Shown in pieces: positions 25,133 to 34,645 of a stretch of DNA of 35,367 bases; the stretch's first letter is position 1, and each line of letters starts with the position of its first letter. The stretch lies in the NCBI GenBank assembly GCA_017889265.1, contig JAGHEK010000013.1, positions 1 through 35,367 of the forward strand, given 5' to 3'. The position numbers were made by a program, and so were the translations under genes. Source of the DNA: Romboutsia sp. Lineage in GTDB: Bacteria > Bacillota > Clostridia > Peptostreptococcales > Peptostreptococcaceae. The notes below the pieces were generated by a model, which had not been told where the DNA came from, searched no databases, and worked only from the letters and a program-made list of their open reading frames with translations.

Positions 25133-26056
25133 TTATCTATTAGTTAATTCATCTATTAATCTAACAAGCTCTGCTATTTCTGGCTTAGTTATTTGTGCAT
25201 CAGCTCCAAGCTCTATACCTTTTTGTCTCATTTCATCACTTATTAAAGACGAGAAAAGTATAAGTGGCGTAGGAGATAATATAGGGTCTTCTTTTACTAA
25301 TTTAGTGAGTCTATGACCATCCATTAAAGGCATTTCTATATCTGATACTATACAAGCAACATGTTTTCTTATTGGTTCGTTATGTTTTTTTATCTCTTGT
25401 AAATAACTCCAAGCTTCTTGACCGTTATCTGCTTTTATTATATTTTTATATCCTGCACCGTGTAAACAGTCTATTATAAGTTTTGCTAAAAGCATAGAAT
25501 CTTCTGCTACAAGTATTGGTATATCTGTATCTTTACGTTCTCCTAATTTTTCTATTTCTTCTATTTGAATACTTGATTCTGGACTTACTTCTGCAACTAT
25601 TTTTTCAAAATCAAGTATAGTTATAAGTCTATCTGAAAATTCTGCTATACCAGTTGCCGCTCCTTCGTTACCACCGTATATAACTCTATTCGGTTTTTTT
25701 ATTTCTTCCCAAGATACACGTGCAATACCTATTACTTTGTCAACACGAAATGCAAAATTTAACTTATTAAAATGAGTAGCTATAAATACTGCTCTTTTAT
25801 CATCTTCTCTTTTAAGACCTAAATACTTAGCTAAATCTATAACTGTTATTATCTCATCTCTTGGTTTAAATATACCCTCAACCATCTCGTGTGAATTAGG
25901 CATTTTTTTTACTTCTTGGGCTATCATTATTTCACGCACTTTAGCAACGTTTATACCAAAAACTTCTCCAGCTATAACAAACTCCATTAACTCAAGTTCG
26001 TTTGTACCTGATTCCAAAAGTATTTTCGTCTGACCTTTACTTTCCGAAAAACTCAT
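25133..26056 (-). CDS. cheV: Chemotaxis coupling protein CheV (CheW domain plus receiver domain)
   Basis: 307 aa. N-terminal CheW-like region (LELMEFVIAGEVFGINVAKVREIM). C-terminal REC domain (ILVAEDSMLLAKLI...VSDIEMPLMDGHRLTKLVKE...SS...K). RBS AAGGAGGAG. Confidence 0.9.
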   Translation of the reverse strand: MSFSESKGQTKILLESGTNELELMEFVIAGEVFGINVAKVREIMIAQEVKKMPNSHEMVEGIFKPRDEIITVIDLAKYLGLKREDDKRAVFIATHFNKLNFAFRVDKVIGIARVSWEEIKKPNRVIYGGNEGAATGIAEFSDRLITILDFEKIVAEVSPESSIQIEEIEKLGERKDTDIPILVAEDSMLLAKLIIDCLHGAGYKNIIKADNGQEAWSYLQEIKKHNEPIRKHVACIVSDIEMPLMDGHRLTKLVKEDPILSPTPLILFSSLISDEMRQKGIELGADAQITKPEIAELVRLIDELTNR

Positions 26057-26135
26057 AAAACTCCTCCTTGTATATGCAACTTTTTATTATAGAATAAATT
26101 TTATGCTAATTTTTTATATAATTTAATAATATTAA

Positions 26136-26162
26136 CTATACGACTAAAAAATTATTTTCTTA
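26136..26162 (-). promoter_or_regulatory. Weak sigma-D-like promoter candidate for cheV
   Basis: Minus strand reads TAAG-AAAATAATTTTTTAG-TCGTATAG (15-nt spacer), 80 nt upstream of the cheV ATG. This is the poorest match of the motif set. Confidence 0.25.
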
Positions 26163-26239
26163 ATATACTTAAATATATATACTTTCTATTTTTATTATGT
26201 TAGAATATTTCATTATAATATTTTTTAGGGGGTGTAAGT

Positions 26240-27037
26240 TTGCAAGTTACTAATAATTCCAATATATCAAATTATGCTTCATTAATAAAAAGTGCAAGTA
26301 CATTATCTAGTGATGCTTCTATGTTTTCTACATTAGTAGATACAGTTTTACTTGCACAAAATCTAAATAACACTACTAAAAGCACAACTAACTCGTGTTG
26401 TTGTTGCAAAAATAATAATTTAAACTCTCTTGATAATATGCTAAATCTATCAAATGTTAGTTTAAATATAGGTAATGTAAATATAAAAACAAACAATTAT
26501 GATGTAAATTTAGAAAATGTTAAGATAAATTTTGATGGTACTACTCCTAAAGTAGAAGTTGAAGAAAAAACTATTAATAATACTTCTAATAATTTAAACG
26601 TTAATGCTAACAATATCGTTTCTAAAAATGAAGTTACTACTCAACAAGTACAAAATACTGTTGATACTAGAGTAAAAAATGCGATTGATTTAGCTTATGA
26701 CCAACTTGGTAAAGATTATGTTTGGGGAGCAAACGGACCTGATAGTTTCGATTGTTCCGGTCTTACTAAGTATATTTATAAAAAAGCTTTTGGTATAGAT
26801 TTACCTAGGGTTTCTTATGAACAAGCTAAATTCGGAAAAGCAGTTGATAAGGAAGATTTACAGCCAGGAGATTTAATTTTCTTTGACACTATGAACAAAG
26901 ACAGGGTGTCTCACGTCGGTATATACGTTGGAAATAACGAATTTATTCATGCTGCTAATTCTAATAAAGGTGTTATAAAATCTTCTTTAAGCGGATATTA
27001 TGAAGACAGATATATAAATGCAAGAAGACCATACTAA
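26240..27037 (+). CDS. NlpC/P60 (C40) cell-wall peptidase with Asn-rich low-complexity N-terminal half
   Basis: 265 aa, TTG start with RBS AGGGGG 7 nt upstream. Catalytic domain YVWGANGPDSFDCSGLTKYIYKK...GDLIFFD...VSHVGIYVGNNEFIHA (Cys-His core). No hydrophobic signal peptide is visible in the first 40 aa. Confidence 0.85.
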   Translation: MQVTNNSNISNYASLIKSASTLSSDASMFSTLVDTVLLAQNLNNTTKSTTNSCCCCKNNNLNSLDNMLNLSNVSLNIGNVNIKTNNYDVNLENVKINFDGTTPKVEVEEKTINNTSNNLNVNANNIVSKNEVTTQQVQNTVDTRVKNAIDLAYDQLGKDYVWGANGPDSFDCSGLTKYIYKKAFGIDLPRVSYEQAKFGKAVDKEDLQPGDLIFFDTMNKDRVSHVGIYVGNNEFIHAANSNKGVIKSSLSGYYEDRYINARRPY

Positions 27038-27066
27038 AAAAGTCTATGAGAAATCATAGACTTTTT
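27035..27066. terminator. Bidirectional intrinsic terminator between the convergent NlpC/P60 gene and cheY
   Basis: AGTCTATGA-GAAA-TCATAGACT (perfect 9-bp stem, 27041-27062), flanked by an A-run on the left and a T-run on the right. Confidence 0.7.
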
Positions 27067-27067
27067 C

Positions 27068-27436
27068 TTATAACTTAGATAATGCATCTACTATTATATC
27101 TTCTTTAAATGGTTTTACTATAAACCCTTTAGCTCCACTTGTCATAGCTTCTTTCATCATTCCTTCTTGACCTAGGGCAGAAACCATTACCACTGTTGCA
27201 TTTGGGTCATATTCCATTATTTCTTTTAATGCTTCAAGACCTGTTTTATCTGGCATAGTTATATCCATAGTTACTATGTCTGGATTTAATTCTTTATATT
27301 TTGCAACTGCTTCGTTTCCGTTAGCCCCTTCCCCTACTACTTCAAATCCATGCTTACTTATCATATTTTTTATAGATATACGCATAAATGCAGCGTCATC
27401 AACAACTAATACTTTTTTCATATTTTTATCCTCCAT
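27068..27436 (-). CDS. cheY: Chemotaxis response regulator CheY
   Basis: 122 aa single REC domain. KVLVVDDAAFMR...DIVTMDITMPDKTGLEALKEI...VVMVSALG...GAKGFIVKPF. Confidence 0.9.
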   Translation of the reverse strand: MEDKNMKKVLVVDDAAFMRISIKNMISKHGFEVVGEGANGNEAVAKYKELNPDIVTMDITMPDKTGLEALKEIMEYDPNATVVMVSALGQEGMMKEAMTSGAKGFIVKPFKEDIIVDALSKL

Positions 27437-27440
27437 AAAA

Positions 27441-28247
27441 CTATTTTTTCTTATAAACTGACGGTTCTACTCTTTGAAATTCTGTTATTTGACTTGATAA
27501 ATTTTCAGAAAGTCCAATTATTAGGTATCCACCAGGCTTAAGTGCTTCACTTAATTTTGTACATAATTTTTTCTTTGTAGGTTCATCAAAATAAATCATA
27601 ACGTTTCTACAAAAAATAACGTCATACTTATTTTTTTCCCAACCCGTAATACCATTCAAATTAAAATATTTAAATGATATCATTTTTTTTATATCATCAA
27701 TAACTTCATAGTTTCTATTTGTAGTCTGTTTAAAATAATTTTTTACCCAATCGCTAGGCAATTTAGAAACTTTTTCTGGTGAATAAACACCATTTTTAGC
27801 TATTTTTAAAACGTTCATAGAAATATCTGATGCAGTTATTGAAATATTTACTTTTTTATTTATTCCAAGAGCTGATTTTGATGTCATAGCTAGACAATAA
27901 GGTTCTTCTCCAGTTGACGAAGCTGCACACCATATATTCACACTACTTGGCATATTCTTTTTAATCTTTGGAATAATTATATTATTTTTTAAAAAGTTAA
28001 AGTGTTGCTCTTCCCTCATAAAGTAAGTGAAATTAGTAGTTAATTTTTCAACTACAATCGCTACATACTCTCCTGTTTTATCTTTCATAAGTGCATCTAT
28101 ATAGCTTGAAAAGTCATTAAACCCAAGTCTTTTAACTACTAATGCTAATCTAGTTTCTATTAACTTTTTTTTATTTTCTAAATTTATTCCATAGTTATTA
28201 TACATAAAAATTTTTAGTCTTGTAAAGTCTCTATTCGTTAATTCCAT
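27441..28247 (-). CDS. cheR: Chemotaxis protein methyltransferase CheR
   Basis: 268 aa. N-terminal helical CheR_N region (FTRLKIFMYNNYGINL) and a SAM-binding domain (IWCAASSTGEEPYCLAM...DVIFCRNVMIYFD). Its start overlaps the cheW stop. Confidence 0.9.
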   Translation of the reverse strand: MELTNRDFTRLKIFMYNNYGINLENKKKLIETRLALVVKRLGFNDFSSYIDALMKDKTGEYVAIVVEKLTTNFTYFMREEQHFNFLKNNIIIPKIKKNMPSSVNIWCAASSTGEEPYCLAMTSKSALGINKKVNISITASDISMNVLKIAKNGVYSPEKVSKLPSDWVKNYFKQTTNRNYEVIDDIKKMISFKYFNLNGITGWEKNKYDVIFCRNVMIYFDEPTKKKLCTKLSEALKPGGYLIIGLSENLSSQITEFQRVEPSVYKKK

Positions 28248-28728
28248 CTTTTATGCCCTCAACTATTTCAATTAGTGCATCACAGTCTAATATCAGTTGT
28301 GTTTCTCCGTTTATTTGACTAACACCTTTTATGAAGTTTTCATCTATATCAGATTCTTTTGAGTTCATCTTCATACTTTGTTCTGGTAATATATTTATAA
28401 CTTCGTTAACAGCATCAACTATTAAACCTACTTTATCTTCGCCTTTTTCTATTATTATTATACAAGTTCTTTCATTATAATCAATAGGCTCTATACCAAA
28501 TCTCATTCTAGCATCTATAACAGGTATTATTGTACTTCTTAGATTTATTATACCTTTTATATAACTTGGTATAAAAGGAACTTGAGTTATAGGAAGCATT
28601 CCTATTATTTCTATAATGTACTTTGATGATAATGCATATTTTTGATTGTTTATCAAAAACACCATATATAAATCATCAATAGTTTCTTTTATATATTCTT
28701 CATTTACTATATCAGTATTCTCATTCAT
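28231..28728 (-). CDS. cheW: Chemotaxis coupling protein CheW
   Basis: 165 aa. LYMVFLINNQKYALSSKYIIEIIGM...PSYIKGIINLRSTIIPVIDARMRFG...VGLIVDAVNEV. Confidence 0.85.
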   Translation of the reverse strand: MNENTDIVNEEYIKETIDDLYMVFLINNQKYALSSKYIIEIIGMLPITQVPFIPSYIKGIINLRSTIIPVIDARMRFGIEPIDYNERTCIIIIEKGEDKVGLIVDAVNEVINILPEQSMKMNSKESDIDENFIKGVSQINGETQLILDCDALIEIVEGIKDGINE

Positions 28729-28746
28729 AACAATACACCGCCCTTT

Positions 28747-29235
28747 TTAAATAAATTTTTCAACTTTCCCAACACTTTTTATACAAAGCTTATTAGTTGT
28801 TGTATCAAACGTTATAGTTCTTCCACAAGTACCTAAAACATCTTCTGCAACAATTGGTATTTTAAGTTTTAGCAATGTATCTCTGCAAGCTTTTACATTT
28901 CTTTCTCCAACAGTAAATATCCCTGAACTACTAGATGTATTATTAAAATTAAACATATGGGCCCCTCCGGCAAGTTTAGCTTTTAATAATCTGGGGTTTG
29001 CACCAACTTTTTTTAATTCTTCATAAAGAAGTACTATCCCAGTATCAGCATATTTAGCTTTATTTAACAATAATTTATCATGGCTCGAATCAGAAAGTAA
29101 AATATGAACCATACCAGCTATTTTATTTATTTCGTCATAAAGTACTATTCCACAGCAAGAGCCAAGTCCTATAGTAGTTATTGTATCAGGTGATTTCACT
29201 ACTTTAAAGTCAGCTATTCCTACTGTTACTTTCAT
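28747..29235 (-). CDS. cheD: Chemoreceptor glutamine deamidase CheD
   Basis: 162 aa. VKSPDTITTIGLGSCCGIVLYD...AGMVHILL...AKLAGGAHMF matches the CheD catalytic Cys-His pattern. Confidence 0.9.
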   Translation of the reverse strand: MKVTVGIADFKVVKSPDTITTIGLGSCCGIVLYDEINKIAGMVHILLSDSSHDKLLLNKAKYADTGIVLLYEELKKVGANPRLLKAKLAGGAHMFNFNNTSSSSGIFTVGERNVKACRDTLLKLKIPIVAEDVLGTCGRTITFDTTTNKLCIKSVGKVEKFI

Positions 29236-29241
29236 TTATTT

Positions 29242-29850
29242 CTATGCCATACCTAACATTTCAAGTACTTTTTTACAAGATTCCAATTCCGGCATAAAGT
29301 AGTATTTACCTTGTACTTCTTGGTCCATAGTAAAGAAATCTGTTTCTATGCAAAGCGCTGAATCAGTTACTTCTCCATATAAAGTTATTGGTAAATTCAT
29401 TATAGCCATAACCATATCTATACTAAAGTATGGTACAGATTGATTTATTGACATACCTGTCATTTCTGACATAGCTGTTAAGTAGGTACCACATAAAATA
29501 TTACATATCTCACCCATAGATGAAAGTTGCTGACGTATATCATCATAATCATTTGGGTTATATCTTATAACCTGTTTAGTTATTTTCGAGATAAGATTAA
29601 ATGCTGCTTCAACTTTCATAATTACCATTATAAATCCTTTGATATCTCCTGAAAGTTCTAAAACATTTCCCACAACTATTTCTTCTTGTGATTCATATTC
29701 ATCTGTTATGCTAGAAAAGTTTACTAAATCACTTTTTGGTATACCTATATCAACCATTTCATTTAACATTGCAGCTAATGAGTTTGATGCATTACCTGAA
29801 CCAATATTACTAATTTCTTTAAATATACTTAACTTTTCACTATCTAACAT
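29242..29850 (-). CDS. cheC: CheY-P phosphatase CheC
   Basis: 202 aa. Has the two internal CheC/FliY repeats EISNIGSGNASNSLAAML and EICNILCGTYLTAMSEM. Adjacent to cheD. Confidence 0.8.
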   Translation of the reverse strand: MLDSEKLSIFKEISNIGSGNASNSLAAMLNEMVDIGIPKSDLVNFSSITDEYESQEEIVVGNVLELSGDIKGFIMVIMKVEAAFNLISKITKQVIRYNPNDYDDIRQQLSSMGEICNILCGTYLTAMSEMTGMSINQSVPYFSIDMVMAIMNLPITLYGEVTDSALCIETDFFTMDQEVQGKYYFMPELESCKKVLEMLGMA

Positions 29851-29870
29851 TAAAAATACCTACCTTTACT

Positions 29871-30446
29871 TTATTTTTTAAATCTACTTAAAATTAAAGG
29901 AGGAATTAATTCTAATGCAGTTTCAGCCACAACTGCTCCCATTTTATTTGCTACCATAGGCATTCCATATACAACGCAAGTTTCTTTATTTTGTCCTATT
30001 GTATACCCACCAGCATTTTTTATTTTAAGTAGACCATTTGCACCGTCAGAACCCATTCCCGTTAATATTACAGCAATAGATTTTGATTTTGCGTTTTTCG
30101 CAACACTTTCAAAAAGATAATCAACTGATGGACAATGACCACTCACTTTATGAGTATTTTTAATCTCTAGTGAATATCCATTTCCGTTTGATACAATACC
30201 CATTTGATAACCACCTGGAGCTAAATAAGCACAGCTTGGTTTTAAAATATCTCCATTTTTACCTTCAGCTACACTTATTTTACACTCTCTATCAAGCCTT
30301 TTCGCATACTTTTCTGTAAAACCCGGTGGCATATGTTGTGTTATAACTATTGGTGGAAGTCCTAAAGGTAAATGTTTAACAATTTTTAAAATCGCCTCTA
30401 CTCCTCCCATAGATGCTCCAATAGCTATGATATCATATTTTAACAT
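29871..30446 (-). CDS. cheB: Chemotaxis methylesterase CheB, catalytic domain only (no receiver domain)
   Basis: 191 aa. IIAIGASMGGVEAI...ITQHMPPGFT...GHCPSVDYLFESVA...VILTGMGSDGANGL...GQNKETCVVYGMP carries the Ser-His-Asp methylesterase motifs. The ORF starts 19 nt after the cheA stop, so no N-terminal REC domain is encoded. Confidence 0.85.
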   Translation of the reverse strand: MLKYDIIAIGASMGGVEAILKIVKHLPLGLPPIVITQHMPPGFTEKYAKRLDRECKISVAEGKNGDILKPSCAYLAPGGYQMGIVSNGNGYSLEIKNTHKVSGHCPSVDYLFESVAKNAKSKSIAVILTGMGSDGANGLLKIKNAGGYTIGQNKETCVVYGMPMVANKMGAVVAETALELIPPLILSRFKK

Positions 30447-30464
30447 CTAAAATTTCTCCCAATA

Positions 30465-32525
30465 CTACATATTTATTATAGCATTTGCATCAAGTATCAA
30501 ACTTATTGAACCATCTTCAAGTATTGAACATCCAGACATATGAGATTGAACTTGTTCAAATTGAGTAAGCATAGGTGGTATTGGTTTTATAACTACATGT
30601 TGTTGCCCTATTATCTTATCTACTAAAATACAAACACTTCCTATTTCAGTCTCTACTAAAATCATTATATCATCGTCTTTATTTTCTGCTTCAATACCTA
30701 ATATTTCAGATAGTCTAGTTACTTTATAGCATTCTCCTCTTATTATACTATGTTCCTCTCCATTAGGATTTTTTACTACTTCAAATCCACCTTGAGTAAA
30801 CACTTCTTTTATATTAAGAGCAGGAATTATATAAGTTTCTTTACCTATTTGAACTTTCATTCCATCAACTATAGCAAGTGTAAGAGGTATACGAAGTATA
30901 AACATACTTCCTTTTCCAAACTCACTATCTATACTTATAGAACCTCTTAATTTACGTATATTAGTATAAACAACGTCCATTCCAACTCCACGACCAGAGT
31001 ATTCACTAACTTGTTCCTTAGTTGAGAATCCTGGAGCTAATATAAAATTATATGCTTCTTTATCGCTTATCTCATCTGGATTTTTAGTAGTTATACCTTT
31101 TTCTATTGCTTTTTTAATTACCGCTTCTTTGTTTATACCTCTACCATCATCTTTAATTATTATAACAACATCTCCACCAGTATTTTTAGCTTCTAATACA
31201 ATAGTGGCTTTCGAAGGTTTCGTAGTATTTGCACGTTCTTCTGGAGTTTCTATACCGTGGTCCATACTATTTCTTATCATATGCATTAAAGGATCTGAAA
31301 TATTTTCAAGGATATTCTTATCAACTTCAGTTTGCTCCCCAATTAAAACAAGCTCAACTGATTTACCTGTTTTTCTACTCATATCCCTTACAACTCTTTG
31401 CATTTTAGTAAATGTAGAAGATATAGGTACCATACGAATAGACATAACTACATCTTGAAGTTCATTAGTTAATTGATGAAGTCTTCTAGCTTGTTTTTCA
31501 AAGTTATCTCTGTCAAAATTTTCAAGTTGAGATTGTTTTTCTACCATAGATTCAGTAGTAACTATTTCACCAACTAAATTCATAAGAGTATCTATTTTAT
31601 TTATATTAACAGTTAAGAAAGTATTTTTACTAGCTTCTTGCTTTACTTCTTTTTTAGGAGATTGTTTAATAACTTCTTCTTTTATAGTATCTTTTATTTC
31701 AGTTACTTTAGGTTTAGTTTCTTTTATTTCTTCTTTTTGTTCTTCCTTTACAGGTTCTATTATAACCTCTTCACTACTTATACCAAATACTTCGTCTAAT
31801 TCTTTATTATCAACTTTTCTTATCTCATAGTTTTTAAGAAACATAGTTTTTTTAATTACTTCTTCAACGGCATTCAAACCTTCAGGAGTATACAAATATA
31901 TTTCAAGTCCATTTTTAACTATTTCTTCATCACAACCAGAATCTAAATCTTCTGGAGTTATTTTCGCTATTGTAGATACTTTATTAAGATTAGTAACCAC
32001 ACCTAAAGCTCTTATAGATTCCATAGCACATCCTTCTTGAAAAAATACCTTTGAATATAGATATGCTTCTTCTTGTGAGTTTTCAGAAACTACTTCTTCT
32101 TTTTTTTCTGAAGTTTCTTCACCTTTAGCTCTTTTTAAAACATCTTTAGCTATTCCTCTTAACTCATCTATATCTCCATCTGGAGTACTTCCATTTTGAA
32201 CTTTCATAATTTCTTCTTTTAAAAAATCTATACTAGTTAAAACTAAATCTATAAGTTCTTCCCACATATCAGAAGAAAGCTTCAGTCCATTACGAACAGC
32301 ATCGAAGATATCTTCGATACTGTGAGTAAGGTGTGTAAGATTTTCGTATCCCATCATTGCCGATGCACCTTTTATAGTATGCATTGCACGGAAAATTTCT
32401 TCAATCTCTTTTTGTTCTAGCTCTCCACTATCTGATTGCCCTCCTAGAAGAATTTCTTCCAATTGTTCTAACAATTGCATATTCTCTTGGACATAAAACT
32501 CATTCATAGAATCTATTCCACTCAT
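30465..32525 (-). CDS. cheA: Chemotaxis histidine kinase CheA
   Basis: 686 aa. Hpt box IFRAMHTIKGASAMMG, a K/E-rich linker, a dimerisation region, HATPase motifs (DPLMHMIRNSMDHGIE, DDGRGI, GRGVGMDVV) and a C-terminal CheW-like domain. Confidence 0.95.
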   Translation of the reverse strand: MSGIDSMNEFYVQENMQLLEQLEEILLGGQSDSGELEQKEIEEIFRAMHTIKGASAMMGYENLTHLTHSIEDIFDAVRNGLKLSSDMWEELIDLVLTSIDFLKEEIMKVQNGSTPDGDIDELRGIAKDVLKRAKGEETSEKKEEVVSENSQEEAYLYSKVFFQEGCAMESIRALGVVTNLNKVSTIAKITPEDLDSGCDEEIVKNGLEIYLYTPEGLNAVEEVIKKTMFLKNYEIRKVDNKELDEVFGISSEEVIIEPVKEEQKEEIKETKPKVTEIKDTIKEEVIKQSPKKEVKQEASKNTFLTVNINKIDTLMNLVGEIVTTESMVEKQSQLENFDRDNFEKQARRLHQLTNELQDVVMSIRMVPISSTFTKMQRVVRDMSRKTGKSVELVLIGEQTEVDKNILENISDPLMHMIRNSMDHGIETPEERANTTKPSKATIVLEAKNTGGDVVIIIKDDGRGINKEAVIKKAIEKGITTKNPDEISDKEAYNFILAPGFSTKEQVSEYSGRGVGMDVVYTNIRKLRGSISIDSEFGKGSMFILRIPLTLAIVDGMKVQIGKETYIIPALNIKEVFTQGGFEVVKNPNGEEHSIIRGECYKVTRLSEILGIEAENKDDDIMILVETEIGSVCILVDKIIGQQHVVIKPIPPMLTQFEQVQSHMSGCSILEDGSISLILDANAIINM

Positions 32526-32551
32526 ATTCTATCTCCTTTTTTATTTTTTCT

Positions 32552-34291
32552 CTACTCCACTTGTTCTAAATCTTTAAGTTTAAAGTTTTCAATAAGTGAT
32601 TTTAATGATTGAGCTTGTGCGCTAAGTTCTTCACTTGCAGCTGCACTTTCCTCACTAGTTGCAGAATTTGTTTGTACAACTAAAGATATTTGTTCAACTC
32701 CAACACTTACTCTTGATATATCATCTAATTCTCTTGTTGATGACTTTGATATTTCATCAATTAATACTATTGATTCATTAGTACTTTCAATTATTTTTTG
32801 TAGAGATTTGGCAGTATTGTCAACTATTTCGCTACCTTTTTCTACAGCCTCTAATGAATTAAGTATTAAGGCAGATGTATTTTTAGCAGCTTCAGCAGAT
32901 TTTTGCGCAAGATTTCTAACCTCATCAGCAACTACTGCAAATCCCTTACCAGCACTTCCAGCTCTTGCTGCTTCTACTGCTGCATTAAGTGCTAATATGT
33001 TAGTTTGGAATGCTATATCATCTATTGTTTTTATTATTCTACCTATTTCTTGTGATGCAAATGATATTTCTTCCATTGCTTTAACCATTTGCTTCATTTG
33101 TTCATTACCTTCACTTATATCTTTTCCTGCATTTAGTGATAACTCATTAGCTTTTCTTGCATTTTCAGCTGTATCATTTATACTTTGATATATATGATTT
33201 ATAGTAGCAGATAATTCTTGTATCGAACCAGCTTGTTCTGTTGCACCTTGTGCCAACATTTGAGCACCTGTTGAAACTTGTTCTGATGCTAATTCCACTT
33301 CTTCTGATGCTTTATTTATCTTATCTATAGTTTCACTTAAATCATTAGTTATTTTATGTAAAGATAACTCAATATTTTTATAAATCCCTATATATTCACA
33401 ATTAGTTTCAATATCAAAATTTCCTTGTGAAATATTACTTAAAATTCTTGAAGTATCTTCTATAACCTCTTTAGTTCTTTCACTTACTATACGAATATTC
33501 TCAGATAAAGAACCTAACTCATCTTCTGAAGTATACTCTATATTTATATCAAAATCCCCATTTGCCATTTTAACTGCAGCTTCTTCTATTTCTTTTATTG
33601 GATTTTTTATACTCTTATTTATTCTAATTATTATAAATGTTCCAACCCCTACTAAAAGTAATGTTATAGAAGTCGAAAGTTTTAAAGAAGTAGCTAATGC
33701 CTTGTGAACTCCTTCATTAAATAAATTTGCATCTTCTTGTAACATATCATTTAATTTTTTAGTTGTATCTCTTAGTTCAACATAGGATATACTAACAGGA
33801 GTATTTGCACTTAATAAACCTCTCATTAAAGTAGGTTGATTAGCTATATTCTTATCAAGAGTTGATATTTCATTATATATTTGTTCAAATGAATTAACCT
33901 TTTCTTCTAAAGTATTTACTAAATCGATATCCTCAGGTGCTGCTTCACGAAGTTTCGCTATATTTTCTCTTATCGATGTAAAATTGTACTTTATAGTCTC
34001 TTCATAATTGCCAAAGTATCCATTTTTTGTAGATTCTTCTTTAGTAGCATATGGATCCAAAACTAAGAATCCCATATTTTGATGTATTGATATAATATCT
34101 TTTTCAATGGCTGAAGCATAGTTTACAGCCTTATAACTATTATTAAAAAATTCTTGACTCTTTTGTCCTATAAAAAACATTCTACTTAATGTATACATAT
34201 TCGCAAAAACAGATAAACTTAGAAGTATTGCAAATGATACAACAAGCTTTCTAGCTATTTTCATATTTTTAAAGCTTGAAATTTTAAACAC
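32552..34291 (-). CDS. Methyl-accepting chemotaxis protein (two TM segments, helical sensor, HAMP, signalling domain)
   Basis: 579 aa, GTG start with RBS GGAGGG 7 nt upstream. TM1 [20 protein letters not shown]2 [16 protein letters not shown]. Highly conserved tip [43 protein letters not shown]. Confidence 0.9.
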   Translation of the reverse strand: MFKISSFKNMKIARKLVVSFAILLSLSVFANMYTLSRMFFIGQKSQEFFNNSYKAVNYASAIEKDIISIHQNMGFLVLDPYATKEESTKNGYFGNYEETIKYNFTSIRENIAKLREAAPEDIDLVNTLEEKVNSFEQIYNEISTLDKNIANQPTLMRGLLSANTPVSISYVELRDTTKKLNDMLQEDANLFNEGVHKALATSLKLSTSITLLLVGVGTFIIIRINKSIKNPIKEIEEAAVKMANGDFDINIEYTSEDELGSLSENIRIVSERTKEVIEDTSRILSNISQGNFDIETNCEYIGIYKNIELSLHKITNDLSETIDKINKASEEVELASEQVSTGAQMLAQGATEQAGSIQELSATINHIYQSINDTAENARKANELSLNAGKDISEGNEQMKQMVKAMEEISFASQEIGRIIKTIDDIAFQTNILALNAAVEAARAGSAGKGFAVVADEVRNLAQKSAEAAKNTSALILNSLEAVEKGSEIVDNTAKSLQKIIESTNESIVLIDEISKSSTRELDDISRVSVGVEQISLVVQTNSATSEESAAASEELSAQAQSLKSLIENFKLKDLEQVE

Positions 34292-34338
34292 TTATCATCC
34301 CTCCATATTCAGTCAAAAAACTACATAGTTCTACATCA

Positions 34339-34366
34339 TAATACGTTTATATCTGATATTTCTTTA
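34339..34366 (-). promoter_or_regulatory. Sigma-D-like promoter candidate for the mcp-che operon
   Basis: Minus strand reads TAAA-GAAATATCAGATATAA-ACGTATTA (16-nt spacer), 48 nt upstream of the GTG at 34291, inside the 84-nt intergenic gap. Confidence 0.35.
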
Positions 34367-34375
34367 TAGTTTTTA

Positions 34376-34645
34376 TTATCTAGTTTTTCTTTCTATTATA
34401 AATGCATTAGTCTGAGGAGGTATACTCATAGTCATAGTATTAGAATGATAACATAATATATAATCAGATTCTTCTAAATCATCAATACTAATTTCATTAT
34501 ATTCACAATCGACTATTAAAGTTTTATCTAAATACATAAGTTTAGTTTGTGAATATACATCAAAATCATTACCAATAATTATAAATTCATCTTCTATACT
34601 TATAATTCTTCTACTAATTAGAGAACAATATTTCAAAATAATCAC
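34376..34645 (-). CDS. Hypothetical 89-aa protein
   Basis: ORF whose ATG overlaps the upstream stop (ATGA), which suggests translational coupling. No recognisable motif. Confidence 0.4.
   Translation of the reverse strand: MIILKYCSLISRRIISIEDEFIIIGNDFDVYSQTKLMYLDKTLIVDCEYNEISIDDLEESDYILCYHSNTMTMSIPPQTNAFIIERKTR

Noticed and set aside
31625-31763. K/E-rich segment of CheA (KEEQKEEIKETKPKVTEIKDTIKEEVIKQSPKKEVKQE) that looks like a repeat.
   Set aside because: It is a low-complexity flexible linker between CheA domains, which is common in CheA proteins. It is not a DNA tandem repeat of defined unit length.
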